From Minutocellus sp. GHC0000111 (lineage: Eukaryota), in NCBI GenBank assembly GCA_977018835.1, contig OZ361256.1:6944001-7008000 (forward strand): DNA of 64,000 nucleotides, in the 5' to 3' direction. Both the position numbers and the translations under genes were made by a program. A model generated the notes under the pieces. That model was not told the origin of the DNA. It saw only the letters and a list, made by a program, of their open reading frames with translations, and searched no databases. Positions 1 through 11,528 of the stretch are shown here, one piece after another. How positions within the stretch are numbered: position 1 is the first letter of the stretch; every line of letters starts with the position of its first letter.

Positions 1-499
1 GCACGGGGCATCAACAACACTGAAGACGCGACCACCAGGGTTGCTGGTGGTGTCACATGCAGCACCGCGGTGGGAATTTTCATTCCTGTGGCAAACATGC
101 AAATGTCATGTTGGCTGAAACTGCTTCTAGCCACACCATTTTCAAGAGCAATCTTTAGAGCAAGGTCCTTCTTGCTCAAGGTGGAAGCACCAGAAACACT
201 GGGGACAGCAGCAGCAGGGGCAGCAACTTTCTTCTCTCAGCAGTGTGGGGTGACAAAACGGCATCAGCAGAAGCAGCAATGTCAGAGCTTAGATTGACCT
301 CGACAGCCCTCTTCTTGCCCTGAGGAGGGCTAGTTGGTTTGCTGCTGGTCACCTTTGCCTTCTTGGCAGCTGGCTTACCACCACCACCACCACCACCACC
401 ACCACCACCACTGCCAGCAGCGGGGCGGCGGCGGCAGAGCAGCGGCACAGAAGCTCGTGTAGACACACGGCTGGGGGACTGAGATTTTGGGTCTACCAT
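1..499 (-). pseudogene. Degenerate or partial ORF of unknown function, running off the window start
   Basis: ATG at 499; Gly-run, Lys/Ala/Pro-rich frame. Protein-like sequence appears to continue in another frame (EKKVAAPAAAVPSVSGASTLSKKDLALKIALENG) after ~235, implying a frameshift. Divergent from the recombinase. Confidence 0.3.
377..410. repeat. (CCA)n microsatellite encoding poly-Gly on the minus strand
   Basis: About 11 consecutive ACC/CCA units. Confidence 0.9.
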
Positions 500-819
500 T
501 TTAGTTGATCGAATGTGATTTAATTAATTCGTTGCACTGAAAAAATGAAAGAATTGAATGAAATTTCATTGTTAGATGAAACGTACAAGTAGCTGCATGG
601 CCATGGTGTTCCGCTTTCCACGAGAATGGCGCTCGCCACTTCCGAGGAATGCACTCCCAGTACGAACGTCTTTCCGTCGTTCTGTCATTTTTGCGCCTTT
701 CTTCCGAACTTTACCCGGGTGTTTCGGGGGGATTCCTGGGTAAAGTTTGGCTCGCATGTTTGCTGCGAGAAGACTTCAAGATTTTCCCCGCGATGCCAAG
801 CACCAACTGAAAGCGCATC

Positions 820-3222
820 TTGGCTGCGAGCCAAAATAGAAAACAGAAGTCTTTTGACACCATGGCCGCCGCTACTACTGCTGCTACCGCCGCCACGAAC
901 GCCACCGCCGGCCTTCGCCGCACGGCAGTCCCAAGGGCACCACCCGAGTTATCATCGTACAAGACCCGATTCAATGCATATCTTCAGCATATCGGTCTTC
1001 CCTTTGTCGACGACTTGACGCCCGAAGACGTCGCATCGCCCGGCGACATCGAATCAATTATGTGCTCTTGGGCCGAGTACATGTCGACGAACCCTCCGAG
1101 GTACATGAACAACCGGGACAAGCTCCTCAAGGCTGACGGCGTCGGCAACGGCTTCGGCCTCATCAAGGAGTACCTGAAGGACCGGTTCGGCCGCCACGTC
1201 GACTGGACCGACGAGACCTGGTTCACCCTCTCCAAGGGCGCGCTCGTCAAGAAGCTGGAGAGAGACAGCGTCCGTGGCACATCTGGTGTCGACGAAGTAC
1301 CCGGCAAGATCGGCATCGTTCGCCTCAACCCCGATGCTGGTGTTATTGAAGGACACGACGGTGTCAGCACCAGTCCATTTGCCGACGATGTTCCAGACAT
1401 GGTCACCATCAATCGCAAGCTACTGAAAACCAGCAAGCTCGGCGACAAGCACCAGCGACGCCTTGCTCTCAACTTGACATATGCCGCCGATGGCCGGTCC
1501 GGGGAGGTGAAATATCTCAACTACCAGGGCATGACATATGATCCCGTCGGTAATTGTGCTGCTGCTGACTGGAAGGACTTGAAGAATGGCACGACCAGGC
1601 CGACTACCTTCTGTACAGATTATGACCGGTGGGAGACTTGTGTATTTGATGCCCTTGGTGACCACTGGAGCGTCGATGGTGGCCTCTCTCGTACCTGCAA
1701 CTCCTCTGGCAATATAGGTTTTCTCCAGGCCTTTGTTGTACCGATGTGCCAGGTTCGAAGCGATTCCTGGACTTCCAAGACCCTCACCGAAACCTTGCGA
1801 GATGATCTGCCGGATTCAATACGGGACAGCATATCTGGTCGAAGCATGCGATACGGCGGCACTACCCACCTTCACGAAGATCCGTCGGTGAATCATCCAG
1901 AGCTCACGGCACGATCAGGCCACGCTCCTGCTGATAACACCAGGCACTACGTGCTATCTCGGCGGGCGATGCAACATGTGCCAATGAGGTCTCTTGCTGG
2001 CCATCCCTCTCCTCGGAAGTCCCACCGTCCTCCTCGGCTCATTGCCATCAGCACTTTGCCTGACGACATGGCTCTTTTGGGTCGGTTTGCAGACAAATTA
2101 TATCCAATGACAATGCCTGATTTCAAGGCTGGAGGGAGGCTACGGCAGCTGGTACGGGAGGTGCTGGCCACCAACATTATGAATTTTTCGACGAAGCTGT
2201 CTTTTCTTGGAGTTGCAGGCCCTGCCGTTCGTCGGATGATGAATGTGGGGGACGAGCTCGGTATTGATCTGTCTCAATTGAAGGGGTGGTCAAGGAAGGT
2301 GGCAGATGATTTCAAGGCCATCAATGCACCGTATTCATCCGCTGAGGAGGAGCTTGCTACTGTGGTAGCTGAAAACAATCGTTTAGTATCAGATTTGCGG
2401 AAGGAGATTGCCGATTTGAAGGCTTTGGCAGCAACCAACGCAAGAACAATATGTCACCTTGAGACTCAGCTACAAAAATCGGATGCAAGGGCGCTAAATG
2501 GAACATCGGTGCCATTGATTGCTTCTGGTGGTGTTGATTCGGCGGTTGCTGGTACCAGTAGACCTGCCGGTGGCACCATCCGACGAAGAGAGCCATCCCC
2601 ACCGCGATCCCCTGGCCGAAACGTGCGGCAGCGCACCGCTGGAGGTTCTGACATTATCGGCACCGCAATATCTGCCATTGCAGTATCGCCGGTTGCCATA
2701 GCAAGGAGAATGGTTGGAGGAGCGCCACCGCTGCCGACGGCTCTTCGGCCTCCACCGCTACCAACGACGGAGCAGTTGTCAACTGTCAGCAGCGCTGGGG
2801 GCAAAAAGAAGAATAAGTGGCCGCTCATGAGCGAAATAGTAATAGAATTGGCTCGATCTGGAAAGCTGAAGTCAGGGTCGTCGTATGAATCCATGCCTCC
2901 GCCGCTGGCAATACTTCCCAGGGCTTTTGATCGCAATGAAAAGACAAAACATAAGTTGGCAATGCGTGTGGTTGATGCAGCTGTCACAAAAGATCAGGAT
3001 GATGTGTTTAGAGCAGCCGAGATCGATGAGGCCGAACTAGTGGCAAAAGGAAAGGCTTTAGATCTTGAAGTCCGTCGGTGGTTGGCAAGCAAGATGAATA
3101 AGAATCTCACCAAAAGCAGGTTGACAGCGCAGGTGCTAGGAGTGGGAGCGAATGCCCAGAAATTACCAGACAATGCATGGCCGAGGTCCAATGGGGGTCT
3201 TTTGGGGATGTTTCGTAAATAA
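820..3222 (+). CDS. Tyrosine recombinase, Crypton-like (probable ATG at 862)
   Basis: Intact ~790 aa ORF with YR catalytic-type motifs in order: DGRSGEV (Arg I), KDLKNG (Lys), SGRSMRYGG (HxxR-like), ARSGH...TRHYV (His/Tyr). A coiled coil and a basic C-terminal region follow. No reverse transcriptase nearby. Confidence 0.8.
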   Translation: MAASQNRKQKSFDTMAAATTAATAATNATAGLRRTAVPRAPPELSSYKTRFNAYLQHIGLPFVDDLTPEDVASPGDIESIMCSWAEYMSTNPPRYMNNRDKLLKADGVGNGFGLIKEYLKDRFGRHVDWTDETWFTLSKGALVKKLERDSVRGTSGVDEVPGKIGIVRLNPDAGVIEGHDGVSTSPFADDVPDMVTINRKLLKTSKLGDKHQRRLALNLTYAADGRSGEVKYLNYQGMTYDPVGNCAAADWKDLKNGTTRPTTFCTDYDRWETCVFDALGDHWSVDGGLSRTCNSSGNIGFLQAFVVPMCQVRSDSWTSKTLTETLRDDLPDSIRDSISGRSMRYGGTTHLHEDPSVNHPELTARSGHAPADNTRHYVLSRRAMQHVPMRSLAGHPSPRKSHRPPRLIAISTLPDDMALLGRFADKLYPMTMPDFKAGGRLRQLVREVLATNIMNFSTKLSFLGVAGPAVRRMMNVGDELGIDLSQLKGWSRKVADDFKAINAPYSSAEEELATVVAENNRLVSDLRKEIADLKALAATNARTICHLETQLQKSDARALNGTSVPLIASGGVDSAVAGTSRPAGGTIRRREPSPPRSPGRNVRQRTAGGSDIIGTAISAIAVSPVAIARRMVGGAPPLPTALRPPPLPTTEQLSTVSSAGGKKKNKWPLMSEIVIELARSGKLKSGSSYESMPPPLAILPRAFDRNEKTKHKLAMRVVDAAVTKDQDDVFRAAEIDEAELVAKGKALDLEVRRWLASKMNKNLTKSRLTAQVLGVGANAQKLPDNAWPRSNGGLLGMFRK

Positions 3223-4579
3223 GTAATCATTCATTACCAACACATGTAGTAAACATGAAGTTACCGGTAGTGACATGTAGACTCGCCGAGCAGAGATGCT
3301 TTTATCATTTCGCTCCCTTTTCCTTCTTTTTCCTTCTTTCTCCTCTTTTTCTTTCCGCGGGTAAAGTTTGCCCTGCGGGTAAACTTGGGAATTTTGCTTG
3401 CTTCACGCCGCCGATTATCCCTGAAAAAAACATGAGCTCGAAAAACGGCCATCAGAGAGAGCAAGAAGCAACCATGGCCACGAACGAAAGCAACGCTACG
3501 CAAATATGCGATCCCAAACGGAGCGGCGCTACGCAGATCATGACACGTAGAGGAGTGACGCATGCAGTTCATCACAGTGGTGTATGAACGACGCGATCAA
3601 GCGTCTGCATCACGAGACGCTCGTTGCGTTTGACACGTCGAAGTAGCCGGCGACTATTACCGCGAGAAAGATGCGAGAATGGATATCCAACGAGATCGCA
3701 AGAGTCAAGCAGCAGTGCCGCGCATCTCCGCACTTACCGATTATGAGATGCACAGGAGAAGACCAGAGCAGTGATATGGCTGTGAGAATGTGTCGAGAAA
3801 CGACGTGAATGAGAGGTGGTATGAGTATGTATGTGCGAAATGAATTTTCCGGGAAAATGGTGTATGGCAACAAGCTGCGAAGTGCGCCATTTCGCGCGCG
3901 AAGAGACAACGATGACTTCACTTTTTGTCACTTTTGTCAACGTCGGCGAAGTCGCGTGCTCGGTGAGATCGCCGATGTGGCACAAGACAGTCCACACGAG
4001 GTGACTTGGCGCCCAACACAAAAAAGAAAAGCAAGACGAATAGTACCACCACGACGTACGTTGTATTGTTCTTTCGTGAAAGCAAGACGAATACGACGAC
4101 GATATATTGTGCCGAAGATGGAAGCAATCGATAACAGGGCCAACGGCGGGGACACGGCGGGGGGTGAAATCACGGTGAGTTGCAAAAGATATGAGATGGC
4201 ACGACATGAATACGCCGAAGACATGCCGAAGATACACCGATTGTAGCGATATGCCGATTGTAGCGCGCGTGTTCGAACTCACAGTGCAGCGCAAGGGAGA
4301 TTGGCACTGCTGACACGCCATGCATTGGCAGATGTGCAAAGAGAGCGAGAGCCTTCGTCCTTGAGGAAAAAGGATGAGAGAGGCGACGACGATCTTTGAT
4401 GTCTGATGTCCTCGCCACTCTGGTGGAAAGATCGTGGCCTGATCAATTTTTGTATGTCTTTCTCGATTTGATTTTCCGTATGACGTCATTTGCAATATTG
4501 GTGACATCATTTCGAAATGAAAATTCCATGAGAATGGACGATGCCATTTTGCAAGAATTCACGGTTTTAGATTTAACCA

Positions 4580-7500
4580 TTGTTCTTCCTAATCTTCAAT
4601 TACAACTATCCTCTTCAGTCCCAGATCCTTCATGCCGCTCTTGGTCGACTCCTTATTCAAGCATCAGTACTAGAAGATACCAATGGCAAACTATGTACAC
4701 GCATTCATCCTGTGTCGATGCCACGATTTATTCGATTGGTTTTGGATGAAATGATTTGCTGTCTCAGAGGGAGACCCGCTACCAACCTCAATCCTATCTA
4801 TGATTTTCGGGGCTCGACGGTGGAAATGGAGGCGATCACCCTTGCCAGTTTCCCTGTTGACAAAGAGGCAAGGTTGCTGACGTACGTGTTCATCATGCAG
4901 GGCATCAATGCAACGATTGCGAGTGGACGCGTCCAAGACGCATCCTGTCTCCTTGACCCCATCGAGCATGGGATACATCCATCCTACGACGACTGCCAAA
5001 CCCTGAAAAGGTTCTGTTGTAAAAGGTTTGACACGGACTCGTCGATCGGACCAAGTTCTGATTTATCGAGAGGACTGCTGGGTTGGTGGGGGTGTAACTA
5101 TGGTTTCACACCCGCCGATGTCGAACACATCCTCTCCAATCCGCCGGCGCTTATGGTCGAGAAAGCGGATGATCTCAATAGTTTTATCTTTGCGGCGACG
5201 AAGAATCTCTTTGGTCCGGTCCTGCAGGAGCCGTTCCGGACGATTTTCAAGTTTGGTCCAGCGATGATTCGAGATGAAAAATTGATCCAGTTGCATAACA
5301 AGTGGGAGAAACAAGGCTTCGTGGGTTTGGCTCTTATGAATCAGATGACGGTGATTGCCAACTCCGTTGTCGATTCGAGTAGCAATGTCCGTCGTCCTCC
5401 TCGTGTGACATCGCCAATGTTAATCCCCATTGAATTCGATGATTGTATCATGGTGAATGTAGTGGACGTGGAGAACTCAGAGGAGGTCGATAACGTAGTC
5501 CCCGATCTGACACCAGTTGATGATAACACGGAAGAGTCCAATCATAACGATGGTGGCGATGCTATTCAGCCTTCGCGCAATGGTGATGGTAACGACGACG
5601 ATGGGAATAACGAAGATGACGATCAATTGCCGAGCAGTGAAAATAGTGAAGACGCTGGTGGTTCAGAGGACGGAGAAAGCAACGGTAGCGAGAATGGAAG
5701 TGACAATGGAGATGACGACGATAGTGATGAAGAGATGATAGATGTCGATCACATCGCAAGCGTCGAGACTACCACTGAGAAGATCAACCTCAATGACTGC
5801 ACAGCGTCAGAGGGATTTTGGCCTATGTGGGTTCTCGGGATGCTTTCCGTCCCCTTTATCCATAACTTCACTCAGCGACACCGGATGCATGGGTGCAACC
5901 AGCAATCGCCACTCCTCCATAAGGCTACCGACATGGCGAGAGAGATCTTCAAATCGCCAACCGACACCACGAAACAGATGTACGCTGTGCCGGTGCTTAT
6001 CATGTTCGCAACCTTGAGTCACTCTACCAGTGACGATGATTCCGAGAACTCACTGTTCGGTTCAGAGTGGGGAATCGAGGGGCGGAAGTCGTCTTGTTCA
6101 CTTCATTTACTCGAGGCTTCAGGGCCGGAAATATTGTATTTCTTCTACTGCATGGTGGGGGAATATGAAAAGGGCAATGCCTACCTAGAGAAGGCAATCC
6201 AAGATGGCAAAGACGGCGAGCCATGGTCGCAGACGTTTCATGATGCCTGCTACGAACTGACAAAGGATTTCCAGAAAGATCTGCTTGATGTAGAGAGAAT
6301 GATTAAGAAGGACAAGGACAGTGAAATCAATGGGTGAGTATTCTGTGTAAATGGCGATTCGATTTCTGTGATATTACTATGATGGTCTGCATATACATGT
6401 TCCCCAATATGCTAACCACCATGACATTCGATCTCGTGACTCATTATTGAATATAGGGAGAGGCTTCTCGCCGATGTCGACAAGTACCGAGACGAGCCGA
6501 TGAAGCTCTTTCACTACGTCATGAGGGCGAGGATGGACATGTTGATCCATCTTTCAGCTGAGCGCCTTGGCCCAGAAAAGGAAGGAGCTATATTCAATCT
6601 CTTCTGTGCGAACGTCGACGGACAACACCGAGCAATCGCAGTTTATGCTTCCCTCCTGGGAATGCCGGTGCACGACATGGCGGAACGACCCTTTGATCTG
6701 TCAAAACCGAATCTCAGAAAGCTCATGGACTGTTACCATGATGCTGGAATCCCGCTCACCAAGGATTCTCAGATTCTTGCTGCGCTTCCAATTCGGGTAG
6801 CCAATTTCTACAGGAACACAAAAACTCTCCGAGCAATGAGCGAGGAGGTGGCGAAGAGTACGCAAGACGCTTCGGGGCTCACTCCATATGCTGCCCTAAC
6901 GACGATGCTCAATGCCTTGATCGACATGTCCAACCATGGGAAGATTCTTCATGCCAGTCGTTCCAACATCCTCCAGCAGGAGAGCGCAACTGTCAACGAC
7001 GTGCTCCGATCCGTGAGAAATGCGTCGGGCTCGTCAATGATGACAAGCGTTACCCCTACTTCGTATCATGGGCAACATGAGTTGAGCAATCTCGAGGCTA
7101 CCGAAGGAACAACAGCTGAGAAGATGAAATTGATCCATGATCATATCAATTACCTCGCTAGCGGTGTCCAGAATCTCTCTGACCTCGAGAAGAATGCTGA
7201 CGATCGTGATCACGTCAATCATACTTTGTGCTATGGAGCAGGCCGATTCGAGAATCCCGAAAAGAAGTCCGATCTTGTCCTGTCAACGGCGCTGCGAGGC
7301 ACAATGCATACCATCTCGTTCATAGCCATGTCGAAGGAGTCGCTTCTGAATTTCCAGCAGGCAGCACAGATGGATTCGAATCTCGCCGATTTGAAGAGCC
7401 TCGAGATGATTCGGGCATGTGCTCTCCACACGGCCACCATCGTGGCAGGAGGACAGTTCAATCTCGGCACTAAAGGAAACAAGACGAGATTGCCGTACAA

Positions 7501-9211
7501 AGGCCTCTGGAAATCTCATCTGCATCAGTGCATCAACATAAGGAACTACTTCGAGAGTCGCCTGAAAACGAGCCTCTTCTGGAATGCTGTCGCCGAGACG
7601 ATGAAGGATATCGCCGCTGTTGCCATAATGACAAGAGGATACACAGCAACTGAAGCGTCCTCTAAGATGGTCCAGGCGTCGTCATTGGTGAAGGCGTATG
7701 ATGCCTACGTGCGCAATGGCCCCGACTCGACAGAAGCGAAATTGGAAAACGGCATCGCATTCTCGTCCATGGTCGAATGGTCATCAGATCCGCCGACAAG
7801 CCTCCTCGAATTGGCTCTCAAGAGCTATCCTTTCATCCTCAATGCTCTCACGACGCGACTCAACGAAACCGACTAGGTGAAACGATACATGAGTGCGAGT
7901 GAGGAAGAGAAGGAAAGTTGGATGCTCTTCCCAAGGGGTGATGCGGCAAAAACGGGTGCTGTGATAATCGACGCATTCGCTACGAACTCAGCCATGGTCT
8001 ATATCCCTGAAAAGTACCGACTTAGGACAATGTTAAGGGAGCTACTTGCCGACGATGACAAGAAACTAGCACCTGATCAAGTATGGGGATTCCCATCGAA
8101 GCTGACGAAGGCCCCAAAAGCACGCAGCAGATCACCTAAGGCGAGACCATTGCCAACGTCAAGAGGTAAGGAAAACTGATGGTGGTCATATTTTTCGTAT
8201 TCCATGATAGTGGACAGTGCCGTTCTCCGAGAATTTTCGTGGCTCACATTTTTATTCCTATGCCGTAATCATTGGTATTGCCAAGAAGCTGCGAAACGCA
8301 AGTCGCCAGTGGAAGAGAATGCCGACAAGCAAAAGAATGATGAGGAGAATGTAGAAGGTGACGAGAAGATCAAGAAAAGTGGTGCCGATAAGGACAATGA
8401 TGACAAGGAATCGCCGTCGAAGAAGAGCAAGACGTCACCATCGACGCCATCCAAGCAGGGATCCTCGCCCAACGCCAAAACAATCAACATCACCCCCGAG
8501 GTCAGAGCGCTCTCCGAAAAAGTTGTCGCTGAGACAGCTGCTGCTAATTCATCCATCGTGGGTGGAGCCCTCGTCAGAACAGTGCCTACTATCGCCAAGG
8601 ATCAGAGCGATCTGGGCAGAGAGGCAAAAGATAGGATTGTTAGCATCATCAAAGCTGCCAAGATTGCTCTAGGACCAACGGACTTGGAGGGAACGAAACC
8701 TGCGAAGCTGACCAGACTCATCAAAGCTTGCCCCGACGTCGCGACCCAATCCATAACTGAAACAAGAAAGCAACGAGCAAAGGTGATCAGTGACCTGGAG
8801 AAAGTAATGGAATTCCTCGAGCAAAAAAACACCTTCGTGAGGGTCACCAAGGTCACCTCCAAGATGAGGAAGATCCCGATGTACACCGAGACCAAGACGG
8901 GATCCCCTCCAACTCATCGGACTCCATCTCGCAATGATGATGGATCTCCTGCTTCTGGTCCTTTCAGTGATGCTGCAGCCGGTACCCCAGCCGCTGCCGG
9001 TACCCCAGCCGCTGCAAAGTCCATCGCCAGTACCCCAGCCGCTGCTGATGGCTCTCCTGCTTCTATTCCTTCCACTGATTCTGCAGCCGGTACCCCAGCC
9101 GCTGCCGCTCCCACTGCCGGTACCCCAGCCGCTGCCGCTCCCACTGCCGGTACCCCAGCCGCTGCCGCAATTGGCAACGACGACAATAATGCGGACAATA
9201 CTGAAAAGTGA
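4580..9211 (+). CDS. Large (~1450 aa) orphan gene with DGQHR motif; exons ~4580-6333, 6457-8165, 8286-9211; in-frame TAG at 7874-7876
   Basis: GT-AG introns 6334-6456 (GCTAAC branch site near 6411) and 8166-8285 join the ORFs in frame. ORF 7877-8179 continues in frame right after the TAG. Motif CANVDGQHRAIAV, acidic tract, C-terminal AGTPAAA repeats. 5' start uncertain. Confidence 0.65.
8970..9170 (+). repeat. Coding minisatellite (GCCGGTACCCCAGCCGCTGC core, 18-30 bp units)
   Basis: About six copies of the GTACCCCAGCCGCTGC core, encoding AGTPAAA(APT). Confidence 0.9.
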
Positions 9212-9531
9212 TCCTCGGGATCATCGTCCGAGAACATGAATGCAAATTTATATTGATAACACTGTACTGTTTGAGCTGCTTGCCCGTCTGCGTAATAAAA
9301 GTATGACTGATCGCATGAATATATATTAGAGACCTTCCAACAATAACATTACTAGTAGTAAGAAATCGGTAACAAGATTTGATGATTTAATGTTGCACTT
9401 TACTGTAGCCTCTATCTCTATCTCCCCCCCTCTCTCTCTTTCTTTGGCCGAGTGATTTGTGCCCACTCGGCGGAGGTTTCATCACCACGATCCATAAACA
9501 TCGCCAAATCGTGATCCATAAGTTTGTCACG

Positions 9532-10470
9532 CTACAAAGGCTGACCATAGTCATCGCCACCGACAAGAGATGAGCCATTGTACTCATCGCCACTCTGAAA
9601 CAAATCACGGAGAAGAATAAACATGGGTGAGGATCGAGAAAACGTCTCGCTGTGGTCACGGTTCGCGAAGATATCATGCATGATCCGATATTGGTGCGCC
9701 GGAGACCCAGAAGTTTCATGCCGATGCTGGGAGTGCATAATGCCGCCAAACAATAAATTCGACCTGTGATACTCCATAATTACGCTCCGTAGCGAGGGGT
9801 GATCATACCGGCACAAAAAATGCAAGAAAGAGCTGCCGGGAGACATAATGCGAGGACCAAATGCATCAGACTTGTAATGACAGGAACGAACATAATCCAT
9901 GAGACAAGGATCCATGAGGTACCGACGATATTTTGTGGAAGATACTAACTCCTGAGAAGCTGACCAATTGATCTCATCAGACCGACGCTCAACAACAATA
10001 CCAAACCTCGACGGCATGAAAAAGATTGAAAATATTTCGCATAGTAATTGTCGTATAAAGAATAGATCCCTACAAACAACCGAAAGTTCCGAATTCTCAA
10101 GCATAGTCTTCATCGTTCGTTGACACTCCAGCTGCGAGCTCCATACCGATGAAAAGGGCAGAGATAGATGCGATGGGACATAGGTGCTCTCCAACCAAGA
10201 AAAGAATCTCACGCAGCAAGATTGACGGAGAAGAAAAGATAAGACATCGCCAACGTGGGGTGAGTCATCGTCGGCCTCTTCACGAACGAAACCCGCACAC
10301 TTGGCCACAATCCGACGCGCCACCTCACGACCGACGTACGAGTCACTGTCGATAGCCTCGTCAATATGAATCACGGATGATAAGCAGCGGAACCTCGACA
10401 AGTCAGGAACCGACGTGGGCGCATCAGACATGACAACAACAACTTGCGCCAGAAACGAGACACGGATCAA
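9532..10470 (-). CDS. Hypothetical protein (~300 aa)
   Basis: Long ORF with globular-protein composition and no recognised motif. The frame stays open for ~37 codons after its TAG. Confidence 0.45.
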   Translation of the reverse strand: MIRVSFLAQVVVVMSDAPTSVPDLSRFRCLSSVIHIDEAIDSDSYVGREVARRIVAKCAGFVREEADDDSPHVGDVLSFLLRQSCCVRFFSWLESTYVPSHLSLPFSSVWSSQLECQRTMKTMLENSELSVVCRDLFFIRQLLCEIFSIFFMPSRFGIVVERRSDEINWSASQELVSSTKYRRYLMDPCLMDYVRSCHYKSDAFGPRIMSPGSSFLHFLCRYDHPSLRSVIMEYHRSNLLFGGIMHSQHRHETSGSPAHQYRIMHDIFANRDHSETFSRSSPMFILLRDLFQSGDEYNGSSLVGGDDYGQPL

Positions 10471-10832
10471 ATCAATTAGCGCGAAGCGCCTCGCGCAGCG
10501 AGCAATAGATTGAAGAAAAAGAACGCAACCAGCACGAAGTGCACAAGCGCAGCGACAATAACGTGGAATACAAATCAGTACTCGCAGAGGCCGCCCGGGA
10601 CATCTGTAAGCATCTATTCACCGGCAACAGATAACAGCAACAATCGTGATACTCGTACACGCGTGTACTACAGAACACGGAAGACAGAAGACATCAACAC
10701 CAGATGGTCCCCCCTGGTGCCGCGCACATTCACCACCACAACCACCCCCCGCGCGGGGCACCACTCGTCATATGAGGCAGCAGGTGCAAAAAACGGCACA
10801 TCTCTCGCTCGTGCCATCGCCATAAACCAACG

Positions 10833-11528
10833 ATGACGGATACAGCGGCCGCCGCCGCTTCTGCGGCACCCGCCGCCGCCGCTGCAGCAGCGCCGGCATC
10901 GGCATTGTCGCAAGACCAGGGAGATCCTACCAATTCCAGGCGCTACCGTCACCTCCTCATGGCCCTCGAGAAGACACTGACCGAATCCAAGCGCTCCCTC
11001 GACGCCCGGTCCGCCGCCGCCGAGGCCTTTGGCAACGACACGCACTCCTTCGACGAGGACGGGGGCAAGTCCGGCGTCGACGTCCTGGCCGAACTCGTCC
11101 ACGAGTGCGTCGACACGGCCAACGACCAGGTCCGGGAGAGCATCTCCGCCGTCCTTGCGTCCAACGATGCCGCCGCCCGCCTCGCCCTGCTGGACGATCT
11201 GCTCGATCACTTCGACGCGGCCGATCGGGCCGCCCGAGATGCCGAGGAGAGCGACAGGGCCTCGGCCCGCAGCGCCGTGCAGGACGTCACCCTCCCCGAG
11301 GGGGTGGACGTGACCGACGTGCTCTCGTACCAGGCCTACCGGATCAAGGTGCAGGAGCGCGACGCGCTGCTGGCCGAACTGGCCAGCGTCGAGGCGGAGA
11401 ACGATTCCATCGCCCGGCAGATCGAGAAGGGGTCGGCGTTGATCAAGGACGCCGTCCAGCAGGTGGAAGAAAAGGGCAAGATTTTGGAGAAGACGGCCGA
11501 CGTAGGGTCGTTCAGTGGTGTGAGCTGA
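10833..11528 (+). CDS. Coiled-coil protein, probable kinetochore Mis12-complex subunit (Nnf1/PMF1-like)
   Basis: 231 aa, strong GC3 bias. Layout RYRHLLMALEKTL...LALLDDLL...coiled coil with EAENDSI resembles Nnf1. Confidence 0.5.
   Translation: MTDTAAAAASAAPAAAAAAAPASALSQDQGDPTNSRRYRHLLMALEKTLTESKRSLDARSAAAEAFGNDTHSFDEDGGKSGVDVLAELVHECVDTANDQVRESISAVLASNDAAARLALLDDLLDHFDAADRAARDAEESDRASARSAVQDVTLPEGVDVTDVLSYQAYRIKVQERDALLAELASVEAENDSIARQIEKGSALIKDAVQQVEEKGKILEKTADVGSFSGVS

Noticed and set aside
3255..4510. Several 100-260 aa ORFs between the recombinase and the DGQHR gene
   Set aside because: Overlapping on both strands, atypical composition, repeat-rich; likely non-coding.
8970..9170. Repeat array as a CRISPR-like locus
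   Set aside because: Units are in-frame coding repeats without unique spacers; eukaryotic context and no cas genes.
516..9398. TGATTTAAT...GTTGCACT similarity at ~516-538 and ~9383-9399 as direct-repeat boundaries of the YR block
   Set aside because: AT-rich, needs a 6-bp gap, and cannot be told from chance without other copies.
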